The position numbers were made by a program, and so were the translations under genes. The notes under the pieces are model-generated. The model saw nothing but the letters and a program-made list of their open reading frames with translations, did no database searches and had not been told where the DNA came from. A DNA stretch of 64,000 bases from Lytechinus pictus (lineage: Eukaryota): the NCBI RefSeq assembly GCF_037042905.1, contig NC_087250.1:23934001-23998000 (forward strand), read 5' to 3'. Shown here one piece after another: positions 10,942 through 24,347 of this stretch (its first letter is position 1; each line of letters begins with the position of its first letter).

Positions 10942-12194
10942 CAGAGCTGCCAAATAGTACGATTTTGTCGTATTCCGTACGATTTTTCACTTAAAATACG
11001 ACACTAGGATTTTTACAAATAAAATACGATTTTTTAAAAATATAGCTATGGTAAGGCTCGACATAACAGAAATCCACCTCGGGCAATCATTATTGAAAAA
11101 TGTTAAGTTTTGGTGGCCCGAATCGGGCAACCAATAATTTTCAAAGTAGCGCAATTTTTCTCCCGATTTTGCACCATTTATCAACTTTATACAGTTCAAA
11201 TTGCAACCAATTCGTCATGCGCCCTTTTTGTTGATCTACACACAAATACACACACACATGACAGTACATAGGCTTACCGCTCTAGCATACAGTAGCTATT
11301 ATCCAGCCGGCCGGCTGGTGTGCGTGAGCTTTGCATGAAACCACTGCAGCTACATGTAGCTATCTGTGCGCTATCAGCCTATTCAGACTCGGGGAGCTAC
11401 GATACGAAATGTTGCTGCTAAGATATCTTCCACAGAACTTTGAAAATCTATTTGCAAGCATTAAAAACAGGAATTATGACCTCTCTTTTGACTCAAAAAG
11501 ACCGATTTCCAAATGTATTAATACACATAAAAACACATAGGTGAGTACATCACAGTCCCATATGTGCATTTGTATGTATGTTGATACTTGGTTTCTTTCG
11601 AAGCTGTGTCTTTTCTAGCAAAAAATAAGCAGACAGTTTTTTCCTTTTTGTCTCACCTGCATAGCAGAGTGAGACTATAGGCGCCGCTTTTCCGACGGCG
11701 GCGGCGGCGGCGGCGTCAACACCAAATCTTAACCTGAGGTTAAGTTTTTGAAATGACAGCATAACTTAGAAAGTATATGGACCTAGTTCATGAAACTTGG
11801 CCATAAGGTTAATCAAGTATTACTGAACATCCTGCCTGAGTTTCATGTCACATGACTAAGGTCAAAGGTCATTTAGGGTCAATGAACTTAGACCATGTTG
11901 GGGGAATCAACATCAAAATCTTAACCTAAGGTTAAGTTTTTGAAATGTCATCATAACTTAGAAAATATATGGACCTAGTTCATGAAACTTATACATAAGG
12001 TTAATCAAGTATCACTGAACATCCTGCATGAGTTTCACGTCACATGACCAAGGTCAAATTACAGTGAGCACAACAAAATAATGAGATGTATAGTAGGAAA
12101 GTACACGACGGGTATGAATAGGATTTTTTGTCTAAAAATAGGATTTTTTGGGTGAAATAATAGGATTTTTTGTCAAGTGTGGTTGGCAGCTCTG
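10942..12194. mobile_element. Non-autonomous TIR DNA transposon with 6-bp TSD
   Basis: TIR CAGAGCTGCCAA/TTGGCAGCTCTG; TSD TCAACA on both sides. Confidence 0.88.
11645..12058 (+). mobile_element. 3'-truncated family C copy inside the 6-bp-TSD element
   Basis: Near-identical to 6701-7160. Confidence 0.85.
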
Positions 12195-12792
12195 TCAACA
12201 TCAAATCTTAACCTAAGGTAAAGTTTTTGAAATGACATCATAACTTAGAAAGTATATGGACCTAGTTCATGAAACTTAAACATAAGGTTAATCAAGTATT
12301 ACTGAACATCCTGCCGGAGTTTCAGGTCACATGACTAAGGTCAAAGGTCATTTAGGGTCAATGAACTTAGACCATGTTGGGAGAATTATTTTCAAAATCT
12401 TAACCGAAGGTTAAGTTTTTGAAATGACATCATAACTTAGAAAGTATATAGACCTAGTTCATGAAACTTGGGCATAAGGTTAATCAAGTATTAGTGAACA
12501 TCCTGCTCGAGTTTCAGGTCACATGACCAAGGTCAAAAGTCATTTAGGGTCAATGAACTTTGGTCAAGTTGGGGGTATTTGTTGAATTACTATCATAACT
12601 TTGAAAATTTATGGATCTAGTTCATGAAACTTGGACATACGGTTAATCAAGTATGAGTGAACATCCTTCCTGAGTTTCAGGTCACATGACCAAGGTCAAT
12701 TAGGGTCAATGAACTTTGGCCAAGTTGGGGGTATTTGTTGAATTACCTTCATAACTTTGAAAATTTATGGATCTAGTTCATGAAACTTGGAC

Positions 12793-13190
12793 GGTTCCAT
12801 GACAATTGCTCCGCCGACATCTGCTCCGCCGACAATTGCTACGCAAAATACGACAACTCCTCCGCCGACAATTGCTCCGGACAGCTGCTCCGCCGACAGT
12901 TGCTCCGTCGACACTTGCTCCGCCGATATTTGCTCCGTCGACACTTGCTCCGCCGATATTTGCTCCGTCGACATCTGCTCCGCCGATATTTGCTCCGCCG
13001 ACAGTTGCTCCGCCGATAATTGCTCCGCCGACATCTGCTCCGATTTTACGACAATTGCTCCGCGACAATTTTCCGCCGATATTTGCTCCGCCGATAATTG
13101 CTCCGCCGAAAATTGCTCCAATTATACGACATTTGCTTCACGACAATTGCTCCGCAGTCTATTGCTCCGCCGTCATGTGCTCCGATAATA
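12793..13190 (+). repeat. Left TIR, 15-bp tandem repeat domain
   Basis: (TGCTCCGCCGAyAnn)n. Confidence 0.95.
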
Positions 13191-13227
13191 CAATGGCATG
13201 AACATCTTACAAATTGTTTTGTTGTTG

Positions 13228-13287
13228 TTTTTAGGTGGTCTGTCAACGACAGATCACCTATTAGTTTTGTCAGAATTTTCTTTCTTC

Positions 13288-13335
<48 letters not shown>

Positions 13336-14942
13336 TATTTTTATTTCCGCCAATTTTTTGTTCCAAAGATAACTCCAGATTGGTTTTGTCAATTTCTTTC
13401 AATTTTAGCACAGTTAAAGGTCATTGTCATAAGACGTGACAATAACATTTTCAAGGTCATCAGGTCATGATGACGTCATCTAGACGCCATTTTGTAAAAT
13501 CACATTATCAATCATATCTCCATTATCAATTATCAAAAATTAACAATATTTACATCACATTAACTTCAGGTCAAGGGTCAACAGTTCATGTCATCAAAGG
13601 TCACCTGGTGGTCACGACGCGCACGTACGCGCTCGTCAAAATTTAAAATTGCTCAAAATCACTTTTTGACCAAAGTAGAGTACGTTTCAGGTCATTTTAA
13701 GCATTTCAAAAATTTGCGCACGCACATGTATGCGCGCGCGTTTCCGCGCGTAACGCCTTCACCGCAACACAGAAACGCCGTTTTTTTTTATATCATTGCA
13801 TTGATAATATAATTCTGAGCAATTTGATACCTTCATCAACCTTCTACGACCATTAACAACGAAATTAACACCCGTTAAAGTTTGCAGCACGTGTGCGCGC
13901 GAGCTCCTACTATAGGCCATATATGGGCAAAAACATGCCTATTAAAAATTCACTGTAGCTCTTTAAATAGTCCGTTGACCCCCAATTTTTTTTCATATAT
14001 CGATAGAGTATGAGTTGTAGATTTGATTTCATGTCACCATTGTCCCTTAATTTGATCATGACGTCATCATAATGGCGTCGGAAGTTAAAATATCCATTTT
14101 CCTTTTTATGACGTCATAATAATTATGCAAATTAGGCTTTAACTCCGTGAATATTGGTCAATTTTCGCCCAATTTTCGATATGTTGTAGTTTAGAATGTA
14201 CTTATTCTCCTCAATCGGCATGTAATTTCATTTTGAAAAACGCATCATGGCGTAAAATAGCGATCAAAAGAGGCATGTCATTTTTCCTCATTTTGCGTGT
14301 AATCTCTATGGGACATGACTTTTTCTCAAAACTAGATTCTACATTCCTCTATTTCGTGAGCTATATCTCCATCTTTTCTTGTCAGTTGTCTCTGAGCTTT
14401 TAAAATGTTGTAGCTGAGATTCTAAGCTTCCGGAAGTGTGCCCTCCATTTTTTGATCAGATGCCGGGATCATGCCCGTTTTTCGCTTGCAAAATTGGATT
14501 TGCAATTCTCAAATTTGCTTACGTGTAATCTCTATGGGGAATGTCGTGGCTCAATGGATAACGCACTTGACTTGCGTTCTCGGGGGCGCAGGTTCGAGTC
14601 CTGGGGGTAAACAAGATGATTTTTTTTTTCATTTTTTTTTCTTTTTTACCACCTCGTACATGATCCTTTATGATAATTAAAAGGTATGAAAGTTAAAATT
14701 TAGCAAGATTAAACAGATTATAATTACTATTTTCATATCACATGTATTGTCATATATCAAAGAGACCATTTTCACAGTGCTTTATCATCTCCCGTCTTTC
14801 ACAAGTATTCCATCCATAATGAACATTCCGTTGTCATCATGAAGATCATATTGATCTGCTGGAACATGGTAATGGTGATCATGATGGCGAGAATAAGGAC
14901 AGACCACCTAATTCGTCCGCATGACGAATTAAAATCTAGTGT
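13228..14942 (+). mobile_element. Second Helentron/Helitron2-type non-autonomous element (family D)
   Basis: subTIRs TAGGTGGTCTGTC (13232) / GACAGACCACCTA (14898); (ATT)n; 3' hairpin AATTCGTC-cgcat-GACGAATT; ends CTAGT. Confidence 0.8.
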
Positions 14943-15096
14943 TCTTATTATTTTTATCTATTTATTTCATTCTCCCCTATCATCACAGCTTTCTGCTTAA
15001 AAAAACCAAATTGTTCTCCCTGCCGCCGCCACTGTCTTGACAAATTGTAACGCAGAAGGGGAATGACACACTCCCCATTGGAATTGTGAATCTGGA

Positions 15097-16446
15097 TTTT
15101 TGTCTCGCCTGCATAGCAGAGCGAGACTATAGGCGCCGCTTTTCCGACGGCGACGGTGGCGGCGGCGTCAACATCAAATCTTAACCTAAGGTTAAGTTTT
15201 TGAAATGACATCATAACTTAGAAAGTATATGGACCTAGTTCATGAAACTTGGACATAAGGTCAATCAAGTATTACTGAACATCCTGCTTGAGGTTCAGGT
15301 CACATGACTAAGGTCAAAGGTCATTTAGGGTCAATGAACTTAGACCATGTTGGGAGAATTATTTTCAAAATCTTAACCGAAGGTTAAGTTTTTGAAATGA
15401 CATCATAACTTAGAAAGTATATGGACCTAGTTCATGAAACTTGGGCATAAGGTTAATCAAGTATTAGTGAACATTCTGCTCGAGTTTCAGGTCACATGAC
15501 CAAGGTCAAAGGTAATTTAGGGTCAATGAACTTTGGTCAAGTTGGGGGTATTTGTTGAATTACTATCATAACTTTGAAAATTTATGGATCTAGTTCATGA
15601 AACTTGGACATAAGGTTAATCAAGTATTAGTGAACATCCTTCCTGAGTTTCAGGTCACATGGCCAAGGTCAAAGGTCATTTAGGGTCAATGATCTTTGGC
15701 CAAGTTGGGGGTATTTGTTGAATTACCTTCATAACTTTGAAAATTTATGGATCTAGTTCATGAAACTTGGACATTAGGTTAATCAAGTACCACTGAATAT
15801 CCTGTGCGAGTTTCAGGTCACATGACCATGGTCAGTGGTCATTTAAGGTCAATGAACTTTGGCCGTGTTGGGGGTCTTTGTTAAATTACCATCCTAACTC
15901 TGAAGGTTTATGGATCTAGTTCATAAAACTTGGACATAAGAGTAATCGAGTATCACTGAACATCCTGTACGAGTTTCAGGTCACATGACCATGGTCAAAG
16001 GTCATTTAAGGTCAATGAACTTTGGCCGTGTTGGGGGTATTTGTTGAATTACCATCCTAACTCTGAAGTTTATGGATCTATTTCATAAAACTTGGGATAT
16101 AAGAGTAATCAAGTATCACTAAACATCCCCTGTGAGTTTCAGATCACAAAACCAAGGTCAAAGGTCAGTTAAGGTCAATAAACTTAGGCCATGTTGGGGT
16201 AATTGTTGAATTGCCATCATAACTTTGAAAGTTTATGGATAGAGTGAATGAAATGTGGACATGGGTGTATTTGACAAGTCTTAAGTCACCATTCAAATGT
16301 CATCTTTGGTCAATGAACGTGGTATTATGTCATTATATGAATGGTGTGTTTGTGAATGATTATTTTATAGTAGTTTTCAAAGTTAGCACTGCTGCTATAT
16401 TAAATTGCGTAATGCAGGCGAGACTGCCAGAGGCGTTCCACTTGTT
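15097..16446 (+). mobile_element. Intact family C copy inside the foldback element
   Basis: Both subTIRs and about 6 tandem units. Confidence 0.88.
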
Positions 16447-16531
16447 GTTCATATATTATTATCATTGGTTTCAATCCGGTCTTGAGCGGGGAGAGAATGG
16501 GGGGGGGGGGTGCTGGACACAATATCTCTTC

Positions 16532-18468
16532 CATAGGCGGATCCAGGGGAGGGGCCAAGGGCCCCCCCCCACTGGCTGAACAAACAAAAAAAGAAAAAAA
16601 GGAAAGAAAGAAAAAAGAATGGAAAGAGAAGAGTAAAAAGAAGAGGAGGAAGACGAGTAAATAAAATAAGATGAGGGAAAGACTTGGAAAATAAAAAGAA
16701 TCTTTCATGTCACTGTATAAAATTTTCCCTCGCGCTTCGCGCTCGCATTGCCTGTTAGGTGATTTTTCATATCTTGTTCAATAATTATGGAGTTTGAATA
16801 TCAAGTTTGGAAGTCAATATACAAACATATTTCACCTCGGGAATCAAACTTTCATTGTTTTGTGTGATTTACAAATTGATTTTAAAAAAGTGCTCTGTAA
16901 AAATGTCAGTTTTATTGTCTGAATTTTAACATTTTCTACTCGCGCTGCGCACTCGCAAATGTTGATATATCAGGTACCTATTATTTTCGTGTATTCCGTA
17001 AAGTTTCCAAAATATCCCTTTTCAGGTCTGATTGTCAAAACGTATCAGCTAGCGCTGCGCTCGCATTTGAATGGAGAGTTATGTATTTCTCAATATTGAA
17101 TATACAAATAAACTACTTAAAATCCCCATTTAATGACAGTTTATCAAAAAATTTGGCTCGCGATTTGCGCTCGCATTCATGGTTAAAAATATATTAACTG
17201 ATGCATCCTATTTATGACTACGAAAGTAATTGAAATGTCCAGTTTTCAGACCATTATATCATCAGATTTCGTGCCGTCATTAGGCATTAATGAGTAAGAT
17301 ATTAATTTAGAAATTAAATTGTCCCTTTTGTTTTGTCTCGTGCTTAGCAAGAGGAATAGGAAAATAGTCATCATTTTCATATGATGACATGTCCTAAGGA
17401 TGTCCCGGTCCTATATATGTCAAAACTCAAAGTAATAATAGAACATATCAGCTCTTTATTAAGTGCAATCCATATCCACCTCACAAATTCACAAAGTGCT
17501 TGAAATATAGAGCAGAAATTGACTCTTTTTTACGTCGGAAAATCAAATAGTTTATTCTATTTAAAACATTATCCAGTTTCAGATCACAATATCAAAAATG
17601 TTCTGCTCGCGCTTTCTGCTCGCATTATCAAGTTAGGAAGATCCCATATTACTCATTCTTTTCATGGTTTACAAAACATGAATAGAGTGTCCCGTTTTAG
17701 GTCTAAATCTCGTTTAAATTGGTTAGTTATATAGCTATCCTGTTCACGATTACAAAAATTGATTGAAATTTTCCATTCTTTATGTAGAAATTTCAAAATG
17801 TTTCAGCTCGCGCTTCGCGCTCGCATTATTTGATTGTTGAAATATGTAGCGTCTTCATGGCTAAGTGCAAGCAGTCCTTAACAGGTTATCTTTTCGATCA
17901 CTTTAAAATGTATGCATTAAAAAAATTTCTGCTTGCGCTTTGCGCTCGCATTATTAATGTAAGGAAGATCCCCAATTACTCATCCTTTTCATGATTCACA
18001 AAACATGAATAGAGTGTCTCGTTCAGTAGGTCTAAGTCTCGAAATTTTCCGCTCGTGCTTTGCACTCGCTTTATATGATTTTTAAAGTATTTAACGTCTT
18101 CATGGCTATCTGCAAGCAATCTTTAACAAGTTCCTTTTCCATCAGTTCATTTCTGCTCGCGCTTCTCGTTCGTAGTAATTATTTAATTGCATACACATCT
18201 TTCTCAGGATAACAAACATTGACCAAAATGTTCCAATTTAAGAAAAAAAACATAACATTTCCTTTAAAAATTTAGCTCGCGCTTCGCGCTCGCATTATAT
18301 AAATAAGGATTATGATATTATATATTTATGTTGATTTATAAGAATAAAACTAAGTGACTTTAGGACTACCCCTTCAAAGAAACCAAAATCATCATCGAGC
18401 GGCCGATCGGGGAAAATATGGCTATAAACCCCCCCCCCTCCTATTGGCGAAGGCTAGATCAGCCCCTG
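16532..18468. mobile_element. Non-autonomous TIR element with CGCGCTTCGCGCTCGC repeats
   Basis: Termini CATAGGCGGATCCAG / CTAGATCAGCCCCTG; homologous to 26750-28550. Confidence 0.7.
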
Positions 18469-20779
18469 CCCTTCTGCTTTCCAGCAACTTATACACCATA
18501 CACTCGCCCCCCCCCTCTCTCTCTCCCTCTTTCTCGTTTTGTTCTTTCACACTATTAATTTTCATTGGTTACCGCTTGATTTATTGTATATTTATCAGCA
18601 TTACAATTGTTAATATTTTTATCAATATTTTTTAATACGTCTTGGGCCTTATCTACCCTTGCACCTTTTTTATTTAAATTTGTTTTAAACGAAAGCATGA
18701 TCATCACTGGCGTACAGATAGGGGAGGGGCGTGCTAGGGGTCACGGATCCCCCCCCCATTCTCCCTACCAATGAAAAAAAAAGAATAAAGGAAAGGAAAC
18801 TAAATGTCATCCTTGTCTGGCCCCCTCCATTTTTTTTTGTTGGCTCATTACGCTACTGGTGAGTTACTATAAGACGAGACTTCGGTTGTATTTTTTTCTA
18901 TTCTGTGCAATAGCAACAATATAAATATATTTTAATAAATGAATATATGTATGTATCTCTCTCATAACGTATAAACAAATAATGTTGTTTCTAAAAGACA
19001 ATAATACACATATATATACCTGTAATAATATAGTTACATATTCATGAAACCCAATAACGCATCGCACTGAATTTATAATGCGAGCACGAAGCACGAGATG
19101 TTATTAACCTGGAAAGGGGACATTTATACGCATTTTTTTTATTGTAAACATAAAGCATACCTATTGAATTTCACCTGGATCAAATATCTCCACTTCCGAG
19201 CATATTTCGCCAGAGCGATTTTGACGCTAAGAATTTTTTTTGTCCCGTCATAATAATTACATGAACACGCATATTTTTTTTTTCATTTTAATCACCAGGC
19301 ACGAAATAAAACTTAAAGAGGGTGGATAGTTTTGGTAATTCCTCAAAATCGGCATGTCACCATTCTAATTAATTTGTATATTATATGAATGTGTATGTCC
19401 TAAAACAGTCATGATGTGGATGATATGAAATGAAAAGGTGTTTTTCATGATAAATTATGCTCTTACATGTGTGGATTTTACCTTGCCGGGATACCCAGCT
19501 TTTTGAAACGTAGCTGCATGCAGACACTCAAAGTGCGCACCACCGCCTCTGCCGTGCGTGTGCTACGCGAGAACGATAATGTAGTCCTCGCTACACAATT
19601 GCGTTGTCAATCAGTTTTACCATAGAGCTATTACAGCTCTATGGTTTTACGAAGCTCATAGTCGTAGATACATTGCCGTTTCCAGACTTTCCTTGCATGA
19701 TTGCATCACATTACAACGAACGGCAGAGCAGACTTTAGATCTAAACAGCCTTGATCGATATTAGGAGTACGTACCTCATTCCTACCTTCCTTGAAGTTTG
19801 AACTTGCCCTTGGCTGGGGGCCGCTTGCATATAACAAACCTCGACCGTCCCATCTTCCCCATTACAAAAATGCAACCACGATATTAGCTGTTGCAAATAA
19901 GTATCTGCTCTCTGATTGCTAATATAACACTGGAACAATTTATAAATCAGAATGAATATAACGTACAGCACAGAATTAGAATTGGAAAAACTTATTTTTT
20001 TGGTTCTTCTCCGACTTCCCGCGTATTAGCCTCAGCTCATGTTGTTTCAGATTGACAAAAAGTTTTATTTTACGATTCTAATGATTCAAAAGAAAAGAAA
20101 GGAAAATGAAACCAACAGAAAGAACCCTTACATTCAAAGAAAATTCCAAGATTGTGCATCCTGTTTATGTTTTGGAAATGCATTGATTTAATTCTCACTA
20201 AAATGATATATAAACAGTCTTTGGGTTAATTGTGTCTGAATTCGTAGACTAGTACAGTGTGCACGTTGGATGTATGTTCTGTGTATGCAGTAGGACTGGC
20301 CGGGAATTTCATTCACTTGTGCGTGGGTGTACGGTATGAGTGTGTGTTTTTTTGTTGAATAGTGCGTGTGGAGACGTTACGTAATAAGGTCAACAGATAC
20401 ATTGCATGCAATGATCTTGTATACCGGGCCTCCTAAAGGTCATGAAGAGTTCAGTTCACTGGTCATGTACATGGAGAGATCCTGCGTGTCCCGAGATAAT
20501 TTGATTCAATCGAAACCATGGGCCTAGTATACAGCTCAGCATGCCAAGTTTCAGAAAACTGGCTATCCTATGGAATAAGTAATTTATTGGATAAAGTTCT
20601 GTAAATAATGTTATTCAGTTTGATCGTATATCTTTCCATAATATGGCCATTTCACATGGTAATAACCACTATCTCACTAACTAAATAGGCCTACCAAAAG
20701 AACAATAAAAATAATAATGTGGGTCGGGTGTAACGTCGATATAGGGCCTCGATATCATTTTATATATTTCCCCATAATT

Positions 20780-22542
20780 TTATTTTTTTCCTGAATATGT
20801 GGAATAACCGCTGAGGATTATATCTATGGTTCAGTCAAGTTGGTCCTTATTTTCAAATCTCTAATTGAAATATAATTCAAACAAGCCAGGGGGGCGGTGG
20901 GGGCGGTCGCCCCCCCCCAAAAAAAAAAAAAAAAAAACGTCCCCAAAAAGAAAAAAAGAGAAAAAAGAGAGGAGAAAAGGAAAAGGGAAGGGAGGAAAAG
21001 GGAAGGGAAGAAAGGTAGCTTTGAGGTTTTTTTTTCTTTTTATTCTTTTTTTTTTCTCAAAAGAGAAACTCCTTCACTCTTGCTCTAGATTTATATATGA
21101 ATTTTGCTTCCGCGCTGCGCGCGGTTAAATGACAATATTGAAGATCTCCATTGTTCCCCCCACCCTTTCTCTAACCCTGTTTTTCCACCTCAGCTATATA
21201 TGTGTTTCTTGCCGGGTAAAGTTCAAATGTATACATTAGGGCATGGTTAGGCCGAAGTATATGAAGTTATCTTTTTTTTTAATTGATCGCGCAACTTCTG
21301 GTCGGGTCGGCTCCGGTTGGGTGAAATCTTTATATCAATTTCTGCCGTCACCTCCATAAAGTCAACTTCTCCCGCTTTTCAGCTCATTACTAAACAACCA
21401 TAATTTTTGGGGCAAACAGGTTCCTAATTTAAAAAGAGGAAGGTATAAAATTTGTATCTTATTAAATAAAAAAGTACAATATTTTTTATCAAATTCTATT
21501 AAACTTCATGTCATTTCCCTGCACATTCATCTCCTGTCCTGTTTTGCGCCCTCAGTTTGAAATTTTGAATGACACCAAAGTTTCTTTATAAATCAAAATG
21601 AAGCGCTTCAGGATAAGTCAAAGAAATTAGGTATCCTTTTTATATAATTTCAATAAATCACAGAAGTTTCAACTTTTTGCGCACTATTTTCCTTGTAATG
21701 AAGTTCAATAATCTTAGAAAATTAATTGAATTAGAGCCGATCGGGTATTGGAGATATCTGCATTTGATGAAACGTCTGCCCTTTGAAATTTCAGAGTTTC
21801 GTTGTTCTGCGCGGGGAGGAATATCTTCCTCCAGGCATATACACTTCTTCTCCTCTGTTTTGCGAGTTAAAGATATGCACTGTCGCTAAATTGTTTGTAA
21901 TCAAATCTGATCTTTCCAAGGGAAGTGTCCAATATGTGTTTGAGAATACCGTTTTCTCGGGACCCTTTTCATGGCAAAAAATTGATAAAACGCTTTAGTT
22001 TCCGCGCTTCGCGCGGGGTTATTATCATTTTAATTTCCTCCATTGTATTCCTTTTTTGTGCGTTCACAATCTTTTTTTAAAACAATGTTCAAAATCACAA
22101 TATAGTCAACTGAATTGGAGCTGATATATAGGTACTAAAGACAAGAGAGACGGCTCCTTTTCATTTTAATTTATGAAACACCAAAAGCTTCGCAAGGGAG
22201 GGGGAAACTCCCCCTCCCTGCACCCACCCCCTAGGGAGCGCGCTTTGCGCGCTCTGTAAGTGTTGGCACGCTTCGCGTGCATTTACCGCCCCCTCCAAAA
22301 TGAAATCCTGGCTACGCGGTTGGTAGTGATCGAGGGACATCATCAACTCTCATTTGCATAATAGTGAGTTGTGCATATAACTATTTTGTGAAAAATATAG
22401 GCTATGTGAAATTTGGAAATGCCATACTGATTTAATCATTTTTACATCCAATTTTGATGAATTTTTCAAAATTATGCTTGTTGGATTTTTTTTCTATTGA
22501 TTCAAATCAACATTTTTTTTTCTGGGGTGGACTTGACCTTTA
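20780..22542 (+). mobile_element. Partial Kolobok-like MITE split by a ~1.4-kb insertion (20887-22322)
   Basis: Both pieces match 5078-5668; ends GGGGTGGACTTGACCT-TTAA. Confidence 0.65.
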
Positions 22543-22547
22543 ATTAA

Positions 22548-24347
22548 TCATATTACCATGATCAATTTAATCAATGCAAGAATGATCTTAAAAAAACATG
22601 GAAATTGATCAATTCTACCATCAATAATGGACCAAAGTTTTCAAAGATAACTAAGCTTATGCATAATGATTCTATTATTGAAGATAAAGTTCAGATGGCA
22701 AATATTTTCAACAATTACTTTTCACAAGTTGGATTTAAGCTCTCTAGAAGTATACCAACAAACTCCCATTCATTTCATCAATATCTGGGGGATAGAAATC
22801 AAAGTTCTATGTTTTTCTCTCCTACGAACGCACAGGAGATAATTAAAATTATATCTAGCCTAAAATCAAATAAAAGTGCAGGATTTGATAACATTGATAA
22901 CAACCTTTTACTAAAAACTATGAATTATATTATTGACCCTCTTATTTATATATTCAATTTGTCATTATCATCGGGAAATATTCCAAAATCAATGAAAATT
23001 TCTAAGATAATACCAGTCTTCAAAAAAGGTGATAGTTCTTTAGCAAGTAATTACAGACCGATTTCATTGCTTACAAACTTATCTAAAATTCTTGAAAAAT
23101 TGGTTCACATACGAACCATATGTTTTTTTAAAAAGCACAACATCCTATCCGATACTCAATTTGGTTTCCGGGAAAAGAGTAGCACTTCCCACGCAATACT
23201 TTCTTTGGTTCAAACAGTTGCCAAAGCTTATGACAAGTCTTCGAATACGATTGGTTTGTTTTTAGATTTTTCAAAAGCATTCGATACAGTTGATCATAAC
23301 ATTCTCCTTTATAAACTTTCTCATTATGGAATAAGAGGGGAACCACTAAAGTGGTTCAAGAATTATCTAATCGGGCGTTCACAGTTCGTTTCACTTGATT
23401 GTAATATTTCTGAACGTAAACCTGTCCTTTGTGGAGTTCCACAGGGCAGCATTCTTGGCCCACTTTTGTTCATTACTTATATAAATGATATTGATATGTC
23501 ATCTAGATTGCTCCAATTTATACTTTTCGCTGATGACTCTAATATAATTCTGTCGCACCCCGACCCAGAGCAATTGACGCAAATATTCAATGACGAACTA
23601 AAAAATGTGTCTAATTGGATAACAGCTAACAAACTCTCTCTTAACCTAGAAAAAACTAGCTACATGCTATTTAGCAACAAGATTACGAGTGTACCAAAAG
23701 ATGTAATTTTAAATGATATTGTCATTCAAAGAGTGCGATCTACTAAATTTTTGGGACTGATCATTGACGACAAACTTTCTTGGAAAGCACATATTGATAA
23801 TATTTGTAAAATCATTGCACGCAACATCGGTGTCATTAGAAAATTAAGTTACTTCTTACCCCATTATATTTTGTTATCATTGTATTCAACGTTAATTTTA
23901 CCTTACTTGAATTACGGAGTTGTTGCGTGGGGTAATGCAGCGAATTATCAAATTAATAGACTTTTTATTTTACAAAAAAGAGTGATTCGTATTATTAGTC
24001 ATGCAGAATTCAGGGCACATACAAATATTCTGTTTTTGAGAAATAAAGTCTTGAAGATTAAAGATTTATATTCTTTTCAACTCGGACAGTTAATGTTCAA
24101 GTTTATCAATAAACAATTACCGTTACCTTTTAATAATATGTTTATAAAAAATGATACAATTCATAAACACTTCACTCGCCAGGCGAGTTCCTTTCATTTA
24201 CCTCTGAATAGAACATCGTTTGCACAGAAGACATTTGTTTTTACTGGTCCAAAATTATGGAATTCTTTTTCAAAGGATATTATACAATGTAATTCAATAC
24301 ACAATTTCAAAGGAAAACTTAAAAAATATCTTCTGAATTCATATTAG
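22548..24347 (+). CDS. Non-LTR retrotransposon reverse transcriptase ORF2, 5'-truncated (CR1/L2 group, Crack/Daphne-like)
   Basis: ~600 open codons: NYRPISLL, QFGFR, FLDFSKAFDTV, GVPQGSILGPLLF, LFADD, KFLG; no endonuclease domain. Confidence 0.95.
   Translation, partial: SYYHDQFNQCKNDLKKTWKLINSTINNGPKFSKITKLMHNDSIIEDKVQMANIFNNYFSQVGFKLSRSIPTNSHSFHQYLGDRNQSSMFFSPTNAQEIIKIISSLKSNKSAGFDNIDNNLLLKTMNYIIDPLIYIFNLSLSSGNIPKSMKISKIIPVFKKGDSSLASNYRPISLLTNLSKILEKLVHIRTICFFKKHNILSDTQFGFREKSSTSHAILSLVQTVAKAYDKSSNTIGLFLDFSKAFDTVDHNILLYKLSHYGIRGEPLKWFKNYLIGRSQFVSLDCNISERKPVLCGVPQGSILGPLLFITYINDIDMSSRLLQFILFADDSNIILSHPDPEQLTQIFNDELKNVSNWITANKLSLNLEKTSYMLFSNKITSVPKDVILNDIVIQRVRSTKFLGLIIDDKLSWKAHIDNICKIIARNIGVIRKLSYFLPHYILLSLYSTLILPYLNYGVVAWGNAANYQINRLFILQKRVIRIISHAEFRAHTNILFLRNKVLKIKDLYSFQLGQLMFKFINKQLPLPFNNMFIKNDTIHKHFTRQASSFHLPLNRTSFAQKTFVFTGPKLWNSFSKDIIQCNSIHNFKGKLKKYLLNSY

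Noticed and set aside
12765..13246. Repetitive ORFs (SAEQL/APPT/LLRR) or a CRISPR-like array
   Set aside because: 15-bp tandem repeats without unique spacers; they are transposon TIRs, mirrored at 29.9-30.3 kb.
19741..19971. Cargo gene or transposase exons inside the foldback element (also 25925-26113, 29049-29250)
   Set aside because: Short ORFs with no recognisable motifs; unsupported without a homology search.
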